The position numbers and the translations under genes are program-made. Shown here one piece after another: positions 1 to 12,812 of a stretch of 64,000 nucleotides of DNA. The notes beneath the pieces are model-generated. The model saw only the letters and a list, made by a program, of their open reading frames with translations. It was not told the DNA's origin and did no database searches. The first letter of the stretch is position 1. Each line of letters starts with the position of its first letter. The DNA comes from Ptychomitrium polyphyllum (lineage: Eukaryota), in NCBI GenBank assembly GCA_973851085.1, contig OZ316776.1, positions 8,990,001-9,054,000 of the forward strand, written 5' to 3'.

Positions 1-1220
1 ATCACACTTTGTTTTGCTTTTACAGCAATCAAGCACTTTCTTCAACCTGTGCTTTGGATTGCGGACTTTTTTTGCTTGCTTAAAACGATGATCTTCCTGC
101 ACAATCAGAGTGTGCTTTTCACATACCAGTGATGCATCTCTCTCCAAACATGCCTTGACCTCGCCAACTTGCCAGAACTATAGTAATAAATATTTTTAAA
201 CTCCAAAAAGATGTATATGAACATCCACCTCATGAGCAGTGGTATTAAGATCCAGCTTGCGAAAGAGGGTTGAGAGACCAACCTCATCTGCAAGAACCCG
301 TGAACAATTGTAGCAAACACACCGCAGGATGGTAAGCACAGTCTTCAAGAAACCAATATGAAACATGGGTTTCGCAAGTTCCAAATGACCAAAATGACCA
401 GGGCACTCCGCCATGCTACCGGCACATGTCTCACACTTGGTATGCCGATCGATGGTACCCAGCCGAGGGTCACTAAGACCCCCCATCTTGGGCTTGCCCC
501 TGTCATAAGTCTCGCTGCTCTCTATTTTACATACTGACATTTGGCGCTGTTGCAAGATACACAAGTGGCCAGTCAGTGCAACAGAACTCAAAGGATTCAC
601 ATAATTCAGCTCGAGCACAAAAACCCCAGCATATCCAAAGCACCATCGCTACTGAACCACACCGTAAAACCCTAAGCATACCACGAGCTTCATGTACTGC
701 TGACTTGTATAGTAATAGCACAACACAAGGCCACGGCAACCAAGCTGCGTTTTCCGACAGCTAAAGTACTGAGTACGAATTCTCTCAAGCCACATTCGAA
801 TTTCAGAAAAGAGGAAAACAGCACTTCATCGATACGCCCAGCTTTTAATCACAAAACGTGTTTAATTATCAAACTCCACTACCGTCTAAAGATTTTCCAT
901 AGTAATTAAGGATTCCACCCAAAAATGCAATCCACCACAACACCAGCTCGCACAACAGTACAACAACAGCATTGAGTCGAAGGCCGGTTCCAAACTGGAA
1001 AAACGCCAACCATCCCCGAAAGGGCCCATCGATACTGCATTTTGCGACACACCATCCCGTCATCACGTAACCACGGAACCTTCACACTACAATACCCAAC
1101 ACATGCGTTCTCCACCACCCTCTCCAATGAACTCACAATTTCATCAGGGCTGATGATGCCAAACTGCACAGTCTTGACCCGGGCCAAGTCCGCCGGCGAG
1201 AACGCAAAGCGCTGGTCCAT
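1..1220 (-). CDS. NRPB1: RNA polymerase II largest subunit, 5' part (exons 1137-1220, 283-546, 1-96; continues off window)
   Basis: Spliced translation MDQRFAFSPADLARVKTVQFGIISPDEI/RQMSV...GGLSDPRLGTIDRHTKCETCAGSMAECPGHFGHLELAKPMFHIGF.../EDHRFKQAKKVRNPKHRLKK matches the RPB1 domain A zinc-binding region. Phase-0 GT-AG junctions are consistent. Confidence 0.97.
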
Positions 1221-1310
1221 GACGCTCCTCTGCCAAATCTCCCCTACTGCTTCACTCACTCACTCACTCTCCAGCAGCAGCAACGCAGAACGAGACGCAG
1301 CACTTGCAGT

Positions 1311-1340
1311 GGCCCAAACCCTAGGTGCCCAAACCCTAGG
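1311..1340. promoter_or_regulatory. Tandem telo-box-like (AAACCCTA x2) with site II-like GGCCCA upstream of NRPB1
   Basis: ggcccaaaccctaggtgcccaaaccctagg about 90 bp upstream of the ATG. Telo-box/site II pairing is known in plant housekeeping promoters. Confidence 0.5.
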
Positions 1341-2708
1341 CAGTCACTTCATGAAGTTGAGATGATTTTTGGAGACGGCGAGACTGCAGCAGCGCACAGC
1401 CATGTTGCAGTTTTGCTTGCCGATGATGTGAGCCCGCTTTGCGATAAGTCTGGGGAGTAAACCGTAAGTTTGCGAGACAGCACAGTCTTTGCGGGTTGGA
1501 CGACGCAGCCAGCTGCGAGAGCCAAGGACAGCAAACAACCCGTCCTGTGGGAGACAACGGGGCTCTATATACGCGGCCACGGCGTAAGCCTCACGCCTCT
1601 CGCATGGCCACACCGACTGCCCCATGCCCGCCCAGAGTATTCACGCTCCGAATAGTCCTCCAACGTGCGTGGACTGTTCCTACCCGGCGCCACCGAAACT
1701 CAGGTGCACTGAACATACCCGGATGAAGAGAAACTCCGGTTACCAGGACTTTTGTACATACCCGGAGCTACAGCGCTGAAATCTCCTTACTCTAAGCCAC
1801 ACTGAAAGCCTTTCTTTGCTGTGGTGGGGGCTGCCCTGCGAGACCGCACTATTAATGGAAGAGTGTAGTGATACTGTAAGTGAACTATTCCATCTTAAGG
1901 ATCATAATCAAAAGTTTTCCATCGAAGTGAAGAATTTTCATCCATATTAAGTTTATCATCCAAATGTTGGAGACGGAATTATGTGTTTGGTAATGGTATA
2001 GCTCATGGGATTCTTTATTAGAGTGGGTTTGACACTAGAGCGAGCCTATATTATTTTTGAATTGTTTGGGTAGTGTGGGGAAGAAGGAATCACTGTGGTT
2101 CATAATGAGGAAGGCTTTTAGTGTAGGTGATTCTTGGTCGTTTTGCGTAAGAGATCATGGTGATATGTGGTACCCAGTCGGTACTGTGACGTTTGGTGAT
2201 ACTAAGGTCCTGATCTGTATGGGTGAAGAGTCTTATGATCGTTTTCCTTTGAAGTAATTGACACACTCGAAGCTTGTACACAGCAGTCTTTAAACACATA
2301 TTATCATGTTATAAAAGATTCTAAATCAGGTTCCAACACTAGTTGACATTGGGGGCAATACCATGGAGACACCTGGTCCATACTGCCGTTGTATTAAGTG
2401 ACCTTATTGCTAACTATATCCAACAGGTCTTAGAATGAGGAAAACCATTTACTATTGACACGCAACTCACATCAAAATGCAGAAACAATTGATGATTCTC
2501 ATATCAGCCTATTGCTAAGAACACTGATCCAGCGGAACAAGGTTAACTGCTGGCTTGGTGAAGGCCTGGTCTAATTTTTCCAGGTTTAAATATTATCAGA
2601 TTCTCAATGATGGCCTAAACCTGAACTCTTTCGACATTTCTCTAGAATCTGAAATATAGGCAACATTGAATTCTTCTAATCATCTAAAATGAGATTTCTG
2701 TCTTGCAA

Positions 2709-5700
2709 TCAATCATCCTGATAAAGCCGTAGGATTTGGTTGGTGCCCGTGGGAGCAAGAGTAACAGGGCATCGTTTGTACTGCAAGGTCATGGAAGGAG
2801 TGGTATCAGAAAAACCACCACATATGCAAGCCACGTTTCTCATGTAAAATATTAACGTAAAAAATAAATGGACTACTTCAAGTTTTGCGTTTCTAATAAA
2901 CTGAAGGATTATTGTTACCTGGGAAACATAATGAAACGCACAAGTGTAACAAAAGACAAATCCGGATGTAGCCACCACAGCTGGATTAGTACGCGGACGT
3001 GTACAGAGAGGGCAGATCTTGCCATCAGCTGGTAATTGTAGACCATCCTTAGCCACCTGTACAACCCCGAGGTACAATTCTCAGAAACTACAATTTCGAG
3101 TAAAGCAATACCACCATCCATGTACTGATTAATTCTACATATTGCCCCATAGATTTGGTTCCACCCAAACGCTCTTCAGCTTCGCCATGTCACAAAAATT
3201 TCGTAACTCTAAATTGAAACAAGGACTTACCACTGGTGGTGGTGGAGGAGGGGGAGGAGGGTAAACAGAAGGTGCGGTGACTCTTTCTTCTGCCGACTGG
3301 TACCACCATTCCACCATCTATACAAACGGATGCTCAGCATAAGCTAACGAATCAAACATCATTGAGAAACCATCAAATATATTGTATCGTCAAATTTTTC
3401 TTACAACAACATTAACTAAACTAACTCGGACTTGTCAGTCTCTTGCCATGCATCATAACCTTGATGTCACTCACGTACTGTAGTTGCTTTGTAAAGAACT
3501 GACCTTAAAGAGAAAGACACTCGCAATAAGGCCTGTCTGTGCATAGTCCAGAGCCGTATATGTAAAGCGAAGTAGGCCCCTCTGTAATGTCTGCAACATT
3601 ATATCCATGAAGCAAAAGAATTTATATTTGTTTTCTCCTCAGCAACAGTAAGAATACTGCACCCAAGATGAATCACTTCTTTAAAAATGTTGCGTCGTCC
3701 AAACCATCGCTGTAAGAACGGAGAAAGAGAAGTATTTACCTGAAAGTGAGACGGTCCTCTAATTCTACCAAATTCGTGATTCCGTCTCTCTTCAACTACT
3801 TTTGCTGCATCCATCTGTTGCAGAACGACACAAGCCAATTGTCAAATAACCTACTTACAACGTTACCAACAAGAAATTAAAATACTTACTATCTCGAAAC
3901 TATCAAGATGTACTTCAAACCTTAAATCCACCATCTTATCACTAAATACAGCATCCAAATACTCCGAAACAAGGAAAAAAGCCAAAGAGATTCGACAGAA
4001 CATTTTCCGTAGTAACAAATGAGACAAAAAAACTAGTAATAAATCTCACAGGAACTTGTGCATACCAGCTCCTGACCTGTCGCGCGGCGCACTTGTAGGC
4101 CCATGTAATGCAGGGCAGGTGTGTAAAAACGTGTGGCATCCAGAAGGTAAAGCAGTTGGTATGCAAACGAGGCCCCTGTCCGCGAGTTCAGTCAGAGAGC
4201 AGGCAAATCATTTTGAAGTCCTCAAGAAACTAAAGCCTTACGAACATGCTCAAAACACTGGGAAGAACCAAAATTAAGCATCTTCACACCTTCCGTTGCT
4301 GCATGGACCCATGGATAGCATTTTACAAGTGCTCGAATAAGTACTTGTCTGAACTGTTCTCGCCAAGGAGCACCACTTCTGATCACTTCTTGACCATTAT
4401 GTTGAATTTCAACCTCTCTTATTCCTTCCGTATCACCAACATCTTCGCCTTCCAGATCCCCACGATTCCATAGGGCAGCCTGAAGGGCACTACCTCTCTG
4501 TGCATTCACAGCCGCCTCAAGTTTGTATTTCAAATATGGCAAACCAACCTGGAAACATTCAATCCAATGTCAGGGTTTAGCTTAGATCCCAAAATAGCAT
4601 TAGTTGGCACCGGAAAATGTCATGTTTGAACTCAATGCTCTTCCTATATTCAAAAAATGTAAACATAAACTAACGGTACCGCGTTGTTTATGGGGCTTCC
4701 GTCAAGACAATTTTTGAGAAGCGAAGGTTAATTTAATTGCTATTAATCACAACAAGTTTCTGGTAACTTTTTGGACGCTTCTGTTCAATTAGTACGGCAC
4801 CCAAGCCATTTTGAGAAGCTGTCTTCTCGATTCTACACATGCACATGCTCATCCTAAAATTTCCACCGATCGTACAAAGTAGTGGGATGTCATAACCACC
4901 AATTCATTGCTCCCATTTCTGCTGAGCACGAGTGTAAGCAGTCAAACAAGGGATGTATAACACATACCAAGAACAATACCGAGAGGGCCCTCTGTTTGCT
5001 AGTCAAGGGCCTAGGTCCCGGTGGACCTGCTTGTGCAACTTCTTGCTGTAGAAGAGGATCTATTGCTGGTATTTCTGCTGGGGTCCGTCGCAGCCCATAT
5101 AGAGATTCAGAAAAAGACGCGTCTGCAACCAAGATTGAGCAAAAACTTCAGCCACCAGCTTGCTCACATATAATGAAACGACTACATCATTAGAGGTCAA
5201 AGGGACTAGAAATGTAAGCAAGACAAACCTGTTGTTCTCAAGCTGTGCAGTTCCAGTAGAAGCATTAGGGCGGCGTACCCTTCGTCACTGTAATCTAACA
5301 CTCGGTGTAGTATAGGCCTTCTTTGAGCCATAACCTAATTACAATACATCAACCCTCCACGAGATCATGTTAGAAACCTTGAATTTATGGACAGGAAAAC
5401 AAAAACCGACCACCTTCTCTCTTTTGATAACACTAAACCTGGAAATTCCAGAAATTTGTAAACGTACTACAACATTCAAACATCTTTAAATCTCTGCGCA
5501 TACATTGTGAGATACGATGAACAACAATCGAGACCGCAAATTCTTACAAGCCACTACTAGCTTCAGTCGCCTGCCATTGATGTTGATTTCAAAATTCCAG
5601 TTCACGGGTTCTAATAATCCGAATTCACAAGAAAACGAAAGAAAAAGAAAACCAGATCAACAGCGAAAAGAAAAGCTCTCAACCAATTCTTGTAAGGAAA

Positions 5701-5860
5701 ATGAACTGCAACAAAAGAGATGATGAATGCTACAGAAGAGAGCGACCAATACCCCGAGAAAATAAAGCAGAGCGGCCCGCAAGCTCGTTGGAAGGTGTTC
5801 CGTCGCTGACATCTCAAAGAAAGTCGGGCGAGTGCCCTCGCCTCCCACCTGCATCAACAT
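2709..5860 (-). CDS. PEX12: Peroxisome biogenesis RING protein PEX12 (multi-exon)
   Basis: N-terminal MLMQVGGEGTRPTFFEM, DASFSESLYGLRR, EWWYQSAEERVTAPSVYPPPPPPPPP, and degenerate RING CPLCTRPRTNPAVVATSGFVFCYTC...RCPVT. GT-AG exon boundaries. Confidence 0.96.
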
Positions 5861-5916
5861 CTTCGCCTCCTTGGTTGCAAGTCCTCCCTTAAACCCCCCT
5901 CAAACGATCCTCCCAC

Positions 5917-5944
5917 CCAACCAACCAACCAACCAACCAACCAA
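5917..5944. repeat. (CCAA)n microsatellite in PEX12 5' region
   Basis: About 7 tandem CCAA units seen directly. Confidence 0.9.
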
Positions 5945-6636
5945 CTAACGAACTACAAGCAGAACCCTCCCCAACTCTTTATCAAACCCTAACACTACAC
6001 CCAAAACCTGAACGCAACCATCATTGCTTCTTCAACATATCCTTCATCAGAATCCATAATCACAATCCCCACCACACTCCCACACTCCCAAACCCAGCAA
6101 CGTCAATCCCAAGTCTTCTTTCATCACCATAACCGAAACCTAAACTCTGATAAATTGCATCCCAATCCTTGAGCATGCAGCTCATGAGCTATCAACCATG
6201 AGGCAAACGCAAGAATTGGGATTCTCTGCAACACAGTTGGGTTATCTCATGGGTTCAAGGCAACACCCAGAAATCGGCGACGAGGCGGCAGACTCCAGCG
6301 CGAGGTCAACGGATGCCACTATTCATCGGTCTGTCGTCGCGGACGACTTTCGTTGAGCGGTTCAGCTGGTGTAGGAAATCAAGAGACGGAACCTCTTGAA
6401 GGGGCTGGCTTTCGTTGTGATATGAGGTCGTTCGAGATGCATCCCAGCATGGGAGGATCGGTCCGCAGAAGAATCGACGCTGGGAGAGAACGGCGGTTTT
6501 TGGGTTGCAGTAATGGGATGTGAGGGTCTGTGGCGTGGAGATGAGTGGATTGAAGACGGCTGGAGAGCGGCGCTGCTGGGGGGAGTGTCAAACCTAGTGG
6601 TAGGGCAGGGCAGGGAGGGAGGGGAGTGTCCCCAGC

Positions 6637-9437
6637 ATGCAGAGTCCTGCTAGTGCAGGAGCTGCCAGACTATGGCGACCAGCGGCACAGCGACATGTGC
6701 GCAATGCCTGGGCTGTAATGCATGCGGAGCGCGCAGCCTGGGCCACTGCTTCGGCGGCGTCGTTCCAGACAGCTTTCGCGCTCGTAAACCTCGCGCTGTC
6801 TCGCCGGTACTGGGTTCCTTGCATTGTTTTGGACCCTGCTGTGAGTGTTTATTGACTGTTGTCGGAGGAGGAAGTTCGGGATGGACTGAACGTGGTGCCG
6901 ATTACTGCCTGAGAGTTCTGAGTGCTTTCTTGTGGAACTATGAGGTTTATGGTGCGCGGCGATTCGTATGATCGCTCGTGGTCTGCCTTGTTGTTGCTGC
7001 GGTTGGTTATGTTTCTTTCTTTTTTGATTTTTTGAATTTTCCCTCTTCGTTTCTGCTGATTTCTTTTCCCCATTTGAGACTTCAGCTTACTTGGAACAAC
7101 ACGTCGCTTCGGAGCTTTACATATGTCCATGGATTTGAACAAGCTTTTTGTCGACGCTACTTAAGGTCTACTGTTTCTTTGACGTTGGTCTTGTAATGTG
7201 GAGCGTGTTTGAGTTGTGGTCAAGTACTCGTTGGAGATCTATCAGCAGCTTTATTCTGAGAATTGTGCAAAAGTGCTGTTTTTATGTAATTCGATGTTCA
7301 ACTTCCTTTCTCTTTAGAGAGAAAACTAGACGCTTGACTATGACAGATTTTCTCGCATGCGTTACAGTGATCTATTGTTGGAGTTATCATTTCAAGGTTT
7401 AGCGTGTTGCAGGTTTATTGCGACGATGGACCTGGGCGTATTACAAAATATGGATGGTATCTGTCAGAAAGCACGTGCAAAGATGGGGCGCCAACAGGTA
7501 CCTTAACTCGTCGTCATTAAGACTTCTGTTGAAAAGAGTATTTCTTAGAGTTCGTGATGCTTGTGGTTTCGATTGTGATGTACCTTCTTGAGAAAGTATC
7601 CTCTTTTACGAATATTTTCTATGACTGTTGTACTTGCATATGTTCAAAATGATGTTGCGTCGAGTGTTGCGAACAGGACGACTTACTAGGTTGTTGACCA
7701 TTGCTAATGTATGTAGGAGGGGCACGTGGCACAGCTGTTAACAAAATTTGATGATCAGGTACACTTACATCTTGGAATTGTTCCTGCTATGTTCCTTAGG
7801 ATAATTTGACTTATACTTAATATGAGGGCACCAATGAATTTGAGATTGTTGATGCTGAATTCTACCATCAACTGGTGTGGACCAACTTTACAGTTGAACC
7901 CTTTGTTTTACAAAGCGATCGAGATTCATCTGCTCATTAGAATAGCACAAGTGAATGTTGGTTTTAGTTATATACTCTGCAATAGTCCTCTGTGTTTTAA
8001 TTTATGTTCAGCCTTGTTTCTTCTTCGGTCCTGCAGCTCCATAGCATTCTGCAGCTGCTGGGAAGTGAATCGTGTACATTAGAAGAATGAAACAGATCAA
8101 AGCAGAAGGACCTTAGGAAACCAATGGATGATATGCTAATGGTCTTAAATTTGGAAATATGTGCTGCAGGTCAAAGCTTTGAGTAACATGCTGCAAGCAA
8201 GCAAGGAGATGAGGGCTTATCGTTTTGAAGATGGACCTTTAATTATGTATTATAATGAGCCATCTGCTGAGGGTGACACTGGTGATGGGGCAGGGTCACC
8301 TGTCTTTGCTACTCTTCCTATTGCTATCTTTGGTGGGTTGACTACACCTGCAGTCAGTTGATGAGTTGCAACTCGTTCTCCTTTAGTCTATCTGTTTTGC
8401 ACGTCTTGGTCGGCTGTTGCTGCATGTTGTTGACGATGCTTCTCAGTCCAGTGAGTTAGCAGAGTTTTCGGTTATTTAAGCATTAGTGAACTGGTGTGCT
8501 TAGGTGCTTCTTAGCACTGATGTTTGAAAGCGCTTGAATTGCTGACAGAAAAGCTGGCTGAGGAAATTGTAGCTATGTATGAGACTGAGCTCAAATTAAA
8601 GGTAATAGTCTTCTTCTGTTCCTGTGAACTTTGTTGTTTGTGTCTTATCTGATCTCTAATTAAAACAGGCTCCTCATAGAGCACCTGACCAAGTATTATC
8701 TGTTTGTACAGCGAAGGACATGGGTGGTTTATGCGTGTAGAAGTATCTTGTATGTGTTTATGTTCATCTGTCCACTTCTATTTCGCAGTGGCTTCTAGCA
8801 TCGGAGTTTAGGGCACTCGTGTACCCCAAGGCCCAGCCAGTAATAAATTTTGAGAACATAGAAGGCTGTGACCAGTTTAAAAGTTTCAGTGGAACGGCAA
8901 ATCGTTCTGGCCTACCAGACCTTTTAGCGAAGTCCGAATTTATCAATCTCGACTGGAATCAAGTGGGAGACATCTTGAAGGTGCGCTCCAAGGAAGAAGT
9001 ACAACGAGAGACATATCAGGCAATTTCTAAAGCTTGACTCTCGACTACTTGCTCCATAAGACAACCATGTATTCCATTATGCAGATTCGATGCTAATATT
9101 TATCTATATTGTATACCATATTAACAATTATCTATGCATATATTGTATGCGCAGAACTTATGTGTCGTCTTTTAAGATGCTGATAGATTGTTGTGGATGG
9201 TGTTGAGCTCACAGGTGTATTTGACAGCTCTTTTGATCGAAGTCAATATAAACAAGCAGCGGTATGTTCTTGCAATTTTTTGAGTTTACTTTCTTGTCCT
9301 GTAATTGATTGCAATATTTGAAAGTTGAAGCAAGAGTTTGATGGCTAGCTAACCGATCTTGTTCTTGCAGAATTGAGGAGATCGTTGCGATGATTAATGA
9401 TGAGATGACTGGGCGTCCTGCTAGTAGTCCTACTTAG
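6637..9437 (+). CDS. CINP / C1orf109-family-like uncharacterised plant protein (exons approx. 6637-6806, 7413-7497, 7718-7758, 8171-8332, 8549-8601, 8789-9019, 9215-9261, 9371-9437)
   Basis: Exons join in frame: MQSPASAGAARLWRPAAQRHVRNAW...MDLGVLQNMDGICQKAR...GDGAGSPVFATLPIAIFEKLAEEIVAMYETELKLK...VYLTALLIEVNINKQRIEEIVAMINDEM. Family call is from recalled C-terminal motifs only. Confidence 0.72.
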
Positions 9438-11992
9438 GGGTTCCCTTGATAAAGAGATCAACTTAACACTGAGTGTAAATACTTAGAAGAACCTACACAA
9501 AATCATGCAGAAAGATACAGATACTCAACATGACAGCTTCTCCAATGATACAGAGTTTAGGGCTGCAGTGACACAGGTTTTGACCTCTAAGCTTCCTGAT
9601 TTTCCAACTCTCTTCACTGGCCAGCTTGTGAATATCCAGTACTCTAATGAAGAGTCTGCGCCTTTAAACAACAGTTTGACAAGATTACCGTCTGCAACAA
9701 CCAACACTCAGCAGATGTACTCTTTAGAGCAGTGTCAAGGATTAGCCTCTCATTTGTTGGTATTGCATCCCTTGACCACAGTCGTTTAGTACTGTACATT
9801 GATCTGATCTGATTAATCTCATTATGGATTTAAGTGTGCAAGTTTGACTGATTTTCACTTTCTTCATGCTGTAGTTTTTTATCTATGAAGTGAGCAGGAG
9901 ATTCAAAAGTTCAATATTTTCTTGGTTTGGAAGCGCATCCGGGTGATATATAGCGTGACTGTACTTGTACCTTAACTTGGAACAGACTGCCCTTGTCTCT
10001 CTGTAATCATGGGTTTGGGAAACAAGAAGATTGCTGTATTGGAATGTCATAGTATGGGAACAAAGTCCTTGCAAGTTCCTACAAGTTCCCATGTGATCAA
10101 TGGATGAAGTTTTTTTCCTTCAAGTTCTCATTAATATTATACGAAATGTGGGAATTGAAATGATGTATTACAGTATTAGTGAAATTACAGTACCATGGAG
10201 CTTTACAAGTTGTTCTCTGTGCTTGGCAAGCAGATTTGTTTGTTTCCTTCGTGCAAGCTACACCTTCAATAGTAAATGAATTTTATTTTACTTTATTTTG
10301 TTGCAACGTTAATCTATAATGTCCACAGTTTTTTGTAGAAAAGTATATAGCATGAAACACAATTACGTTTCTGCCAATATTCCTGTTGCCATTGCATATT
10401 TAAGGATATTCTTGTTTTTTATTATCATTAAATTTACAGTATACAATTCAATATCATTGTTGTGTTGTTAATTTATAAAAAAAATGTATACTAATCATAA
10501 TATTTTTAACTTATATGCCTAAGGCCTTATGCTTATGATTACATTCTTCAAACATTTTGAACTTTTAGTTTTGAGATTGCATCGTATTGTACAAATTTTA
10601 TAGATATTAGGCATAAAAGCATATGTTCATTTGTTTTTTTTTAGAAATGAATTGACATGTGCAAAGACCAATTTTATGGAAGGTTCTTCAAAATTTATCT
10701 ATTGTCCAATTGATTATGAAATGGATTCTTTATAAAATTGGTTCCTACATATATAAATTCATCTTAAAAAATGAACATTTCCAAAAACAAATTATTTCTT
10801 ATTAGATCTCCTTCTAGGATAAATTATATATACAAATTTTTTACTTATGTCTTAGAAAAATAAACTAAGGAGTTTAAAAAATACAAACTTTCATTTCTGA
10901 AAAATAAGATGCTTCTATTAAATACAATAAATTTGAATTAATACAATAAAATTTTATATTTGTAAATTATAGTAATTTCATATGTTAATATTTTTTTGAT
11001 TGTGATATGTATATTCTAATTCAGCCACCCAAATATAGCATTTTTAAAAATTAAAACTAAAATTGAAATTTGATTAAAAAATGAATAAAAATGGTGTTAA
11101 TAGTCAATACAATTGCAAAATGATTTTTTCTTAATCTGAAAAGTTTGTTTTACATATTTTACTTCATTTGATAATTTGATTAATGTAAATACAATATGGT
11201 GATTTTGCACTTTATATAATATTTTTAATATATCACAATAATACAATAAAATGAATGGTTGCATGCAAATTCTGTCTTTAATTCAAACTTGTATTTTTAT
11301 GATCATATTTGGGATTCTTTCTTTGATTGATTAAATATGGTTCAAATTAATAAAGAATGAAATATTTACAAAAAAGAACTAGAAAAGGTAAATTTACATA
11401 TGCCAACTTAGAAAATGTCTCTATTTCAATGTATATAAAAATATAATTTATGATTAAGAAAGGATGATTTTTTAACATATTTATTTCAACACAATATGAA
11501 AAATGTAAATTGATCAAGATACCCTTTTAAATCACTAAAATATAATAATTAATGTACTAAAAGTGTCTTAATTGATCATGCAATGAACCTTGCAATCAAT
11601 CCTGTAATTGATTTTGAAACCAACTTTACAATTGATTCTTGCTAGTTTGTAATGATTTTATAATTAGTATTCAAGAAACCTTATATAATATAACCTATCT
11701 AAAGTTATAGCCTTAGAACGAGTTCCTCATAATAACTTTAGAAAGATTATAACTTAAGAAAGAAGTTGAACGTTGGGACCACCAACTTAAAGGCCAAAAT
11801 ATCTTACTACTTTATCAAGGGTACAACTGCACATGATATAAACCCAGCTGCCGTGCTGGTGTGAAACGGGGATAATCACAATGTGGGAGCCCTCGGAGAT
11901 TCTACGACCGCTGACACGACCCATCACCAGCGGATCTATGATCGAAGGACCTATGACCGACGGACCTCTGACCGATTACAGATTATCGATTT

Positions 11993-12050
11993 GCGGTGAC
12001 CGGTGACCGGTGACCGGAGAGCGAGGAGCGAGGAGCGAGGAGCGAGGAGC
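11993..12050. repeat. Compound 7-mer tandem repeats (GGTGACC x3, GAGCGAG x4-5)
   Basis: Seen directly upstream of the DNA polymerase gene. Confidence 0.85.
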
Positions 12051-12143
12051 GATGAGTGGGTTGAGAGCGAGCGGACGAATGAGAAAAGCGCGGACGTGGC
12101 AGGAAGCAAAGGCTTCGTTATCCAAACGCAGAGCGTCTCGTGA

Positions 12144-12213
12144 GGGCCCGGGAACCCTAAAACCCTAGGCCAGGGCAGGGGGGGTTTGGGGGGGGGGGGG
12201 GGGGGGGGCAGGG
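12144..12213 (+). promoter_or_regulatory. GGGCCC, tandem telo-box-like AACCCTA and a poly-G tract upstream of the organellar DNA polymerase
   Basis: gggcccgggaaccctaaaaccctagg followed by G-runs including a homopolymer of about 20 G. Confidence 0.45.
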
Positions 12214-12812
12214 CAGCGCAGCGCACGGGCTCCCTTGCAGGCGCTGTTGTGGACTCTCCTCTGCCTGTGTGTGTGTGTGAGAGTGAGAGAGTGGGCTGCA
12301 ACGGCTGCACTTCTCACTGGCTTACTCTGTTGTTCCCTCACGAGCTTGTGTGCCACCGGGTCCAGCGTCATTTACCATTTACCAGCGTTTTCCTTCGTAA
12401 GATATGCTGGGCCCCCCTTTGCTGTTGCTGTCGTTTTGGAATGCGAAACCGGCCTGCGTAGCTTTTTTCAGCCTGTGGAGCTTTCTGGTTTTGGGGGTGG
12501 GGCGGGTTGAGGAGCTTGACGCTCTCACTCGCTTATGGATTGGAACGCACAACTGGATTTTGGTCGATCGGACAAGTCGCTAGGATTTTGATTTTCGTTT
12601 TGTTGCTGGAGTGTGCGGTTGTTTGGGGTTTTCAGGGTTTGAGGGTTTAGGATGGAGGATTCGGATTCTGGTTGATGTTTTGGTGTGGGGCGGAGCAGGG
12701 GGTTTGGGAGGGCACGGGAGGGAGGCGGCGGTGGAGGTTTGGTGGCGGATGGGCCTCGGGATATGACGCCAGGGGTTTTTCGGGAGGGGAGGTGGCAAAT
12801 GAAATTCTAGGC

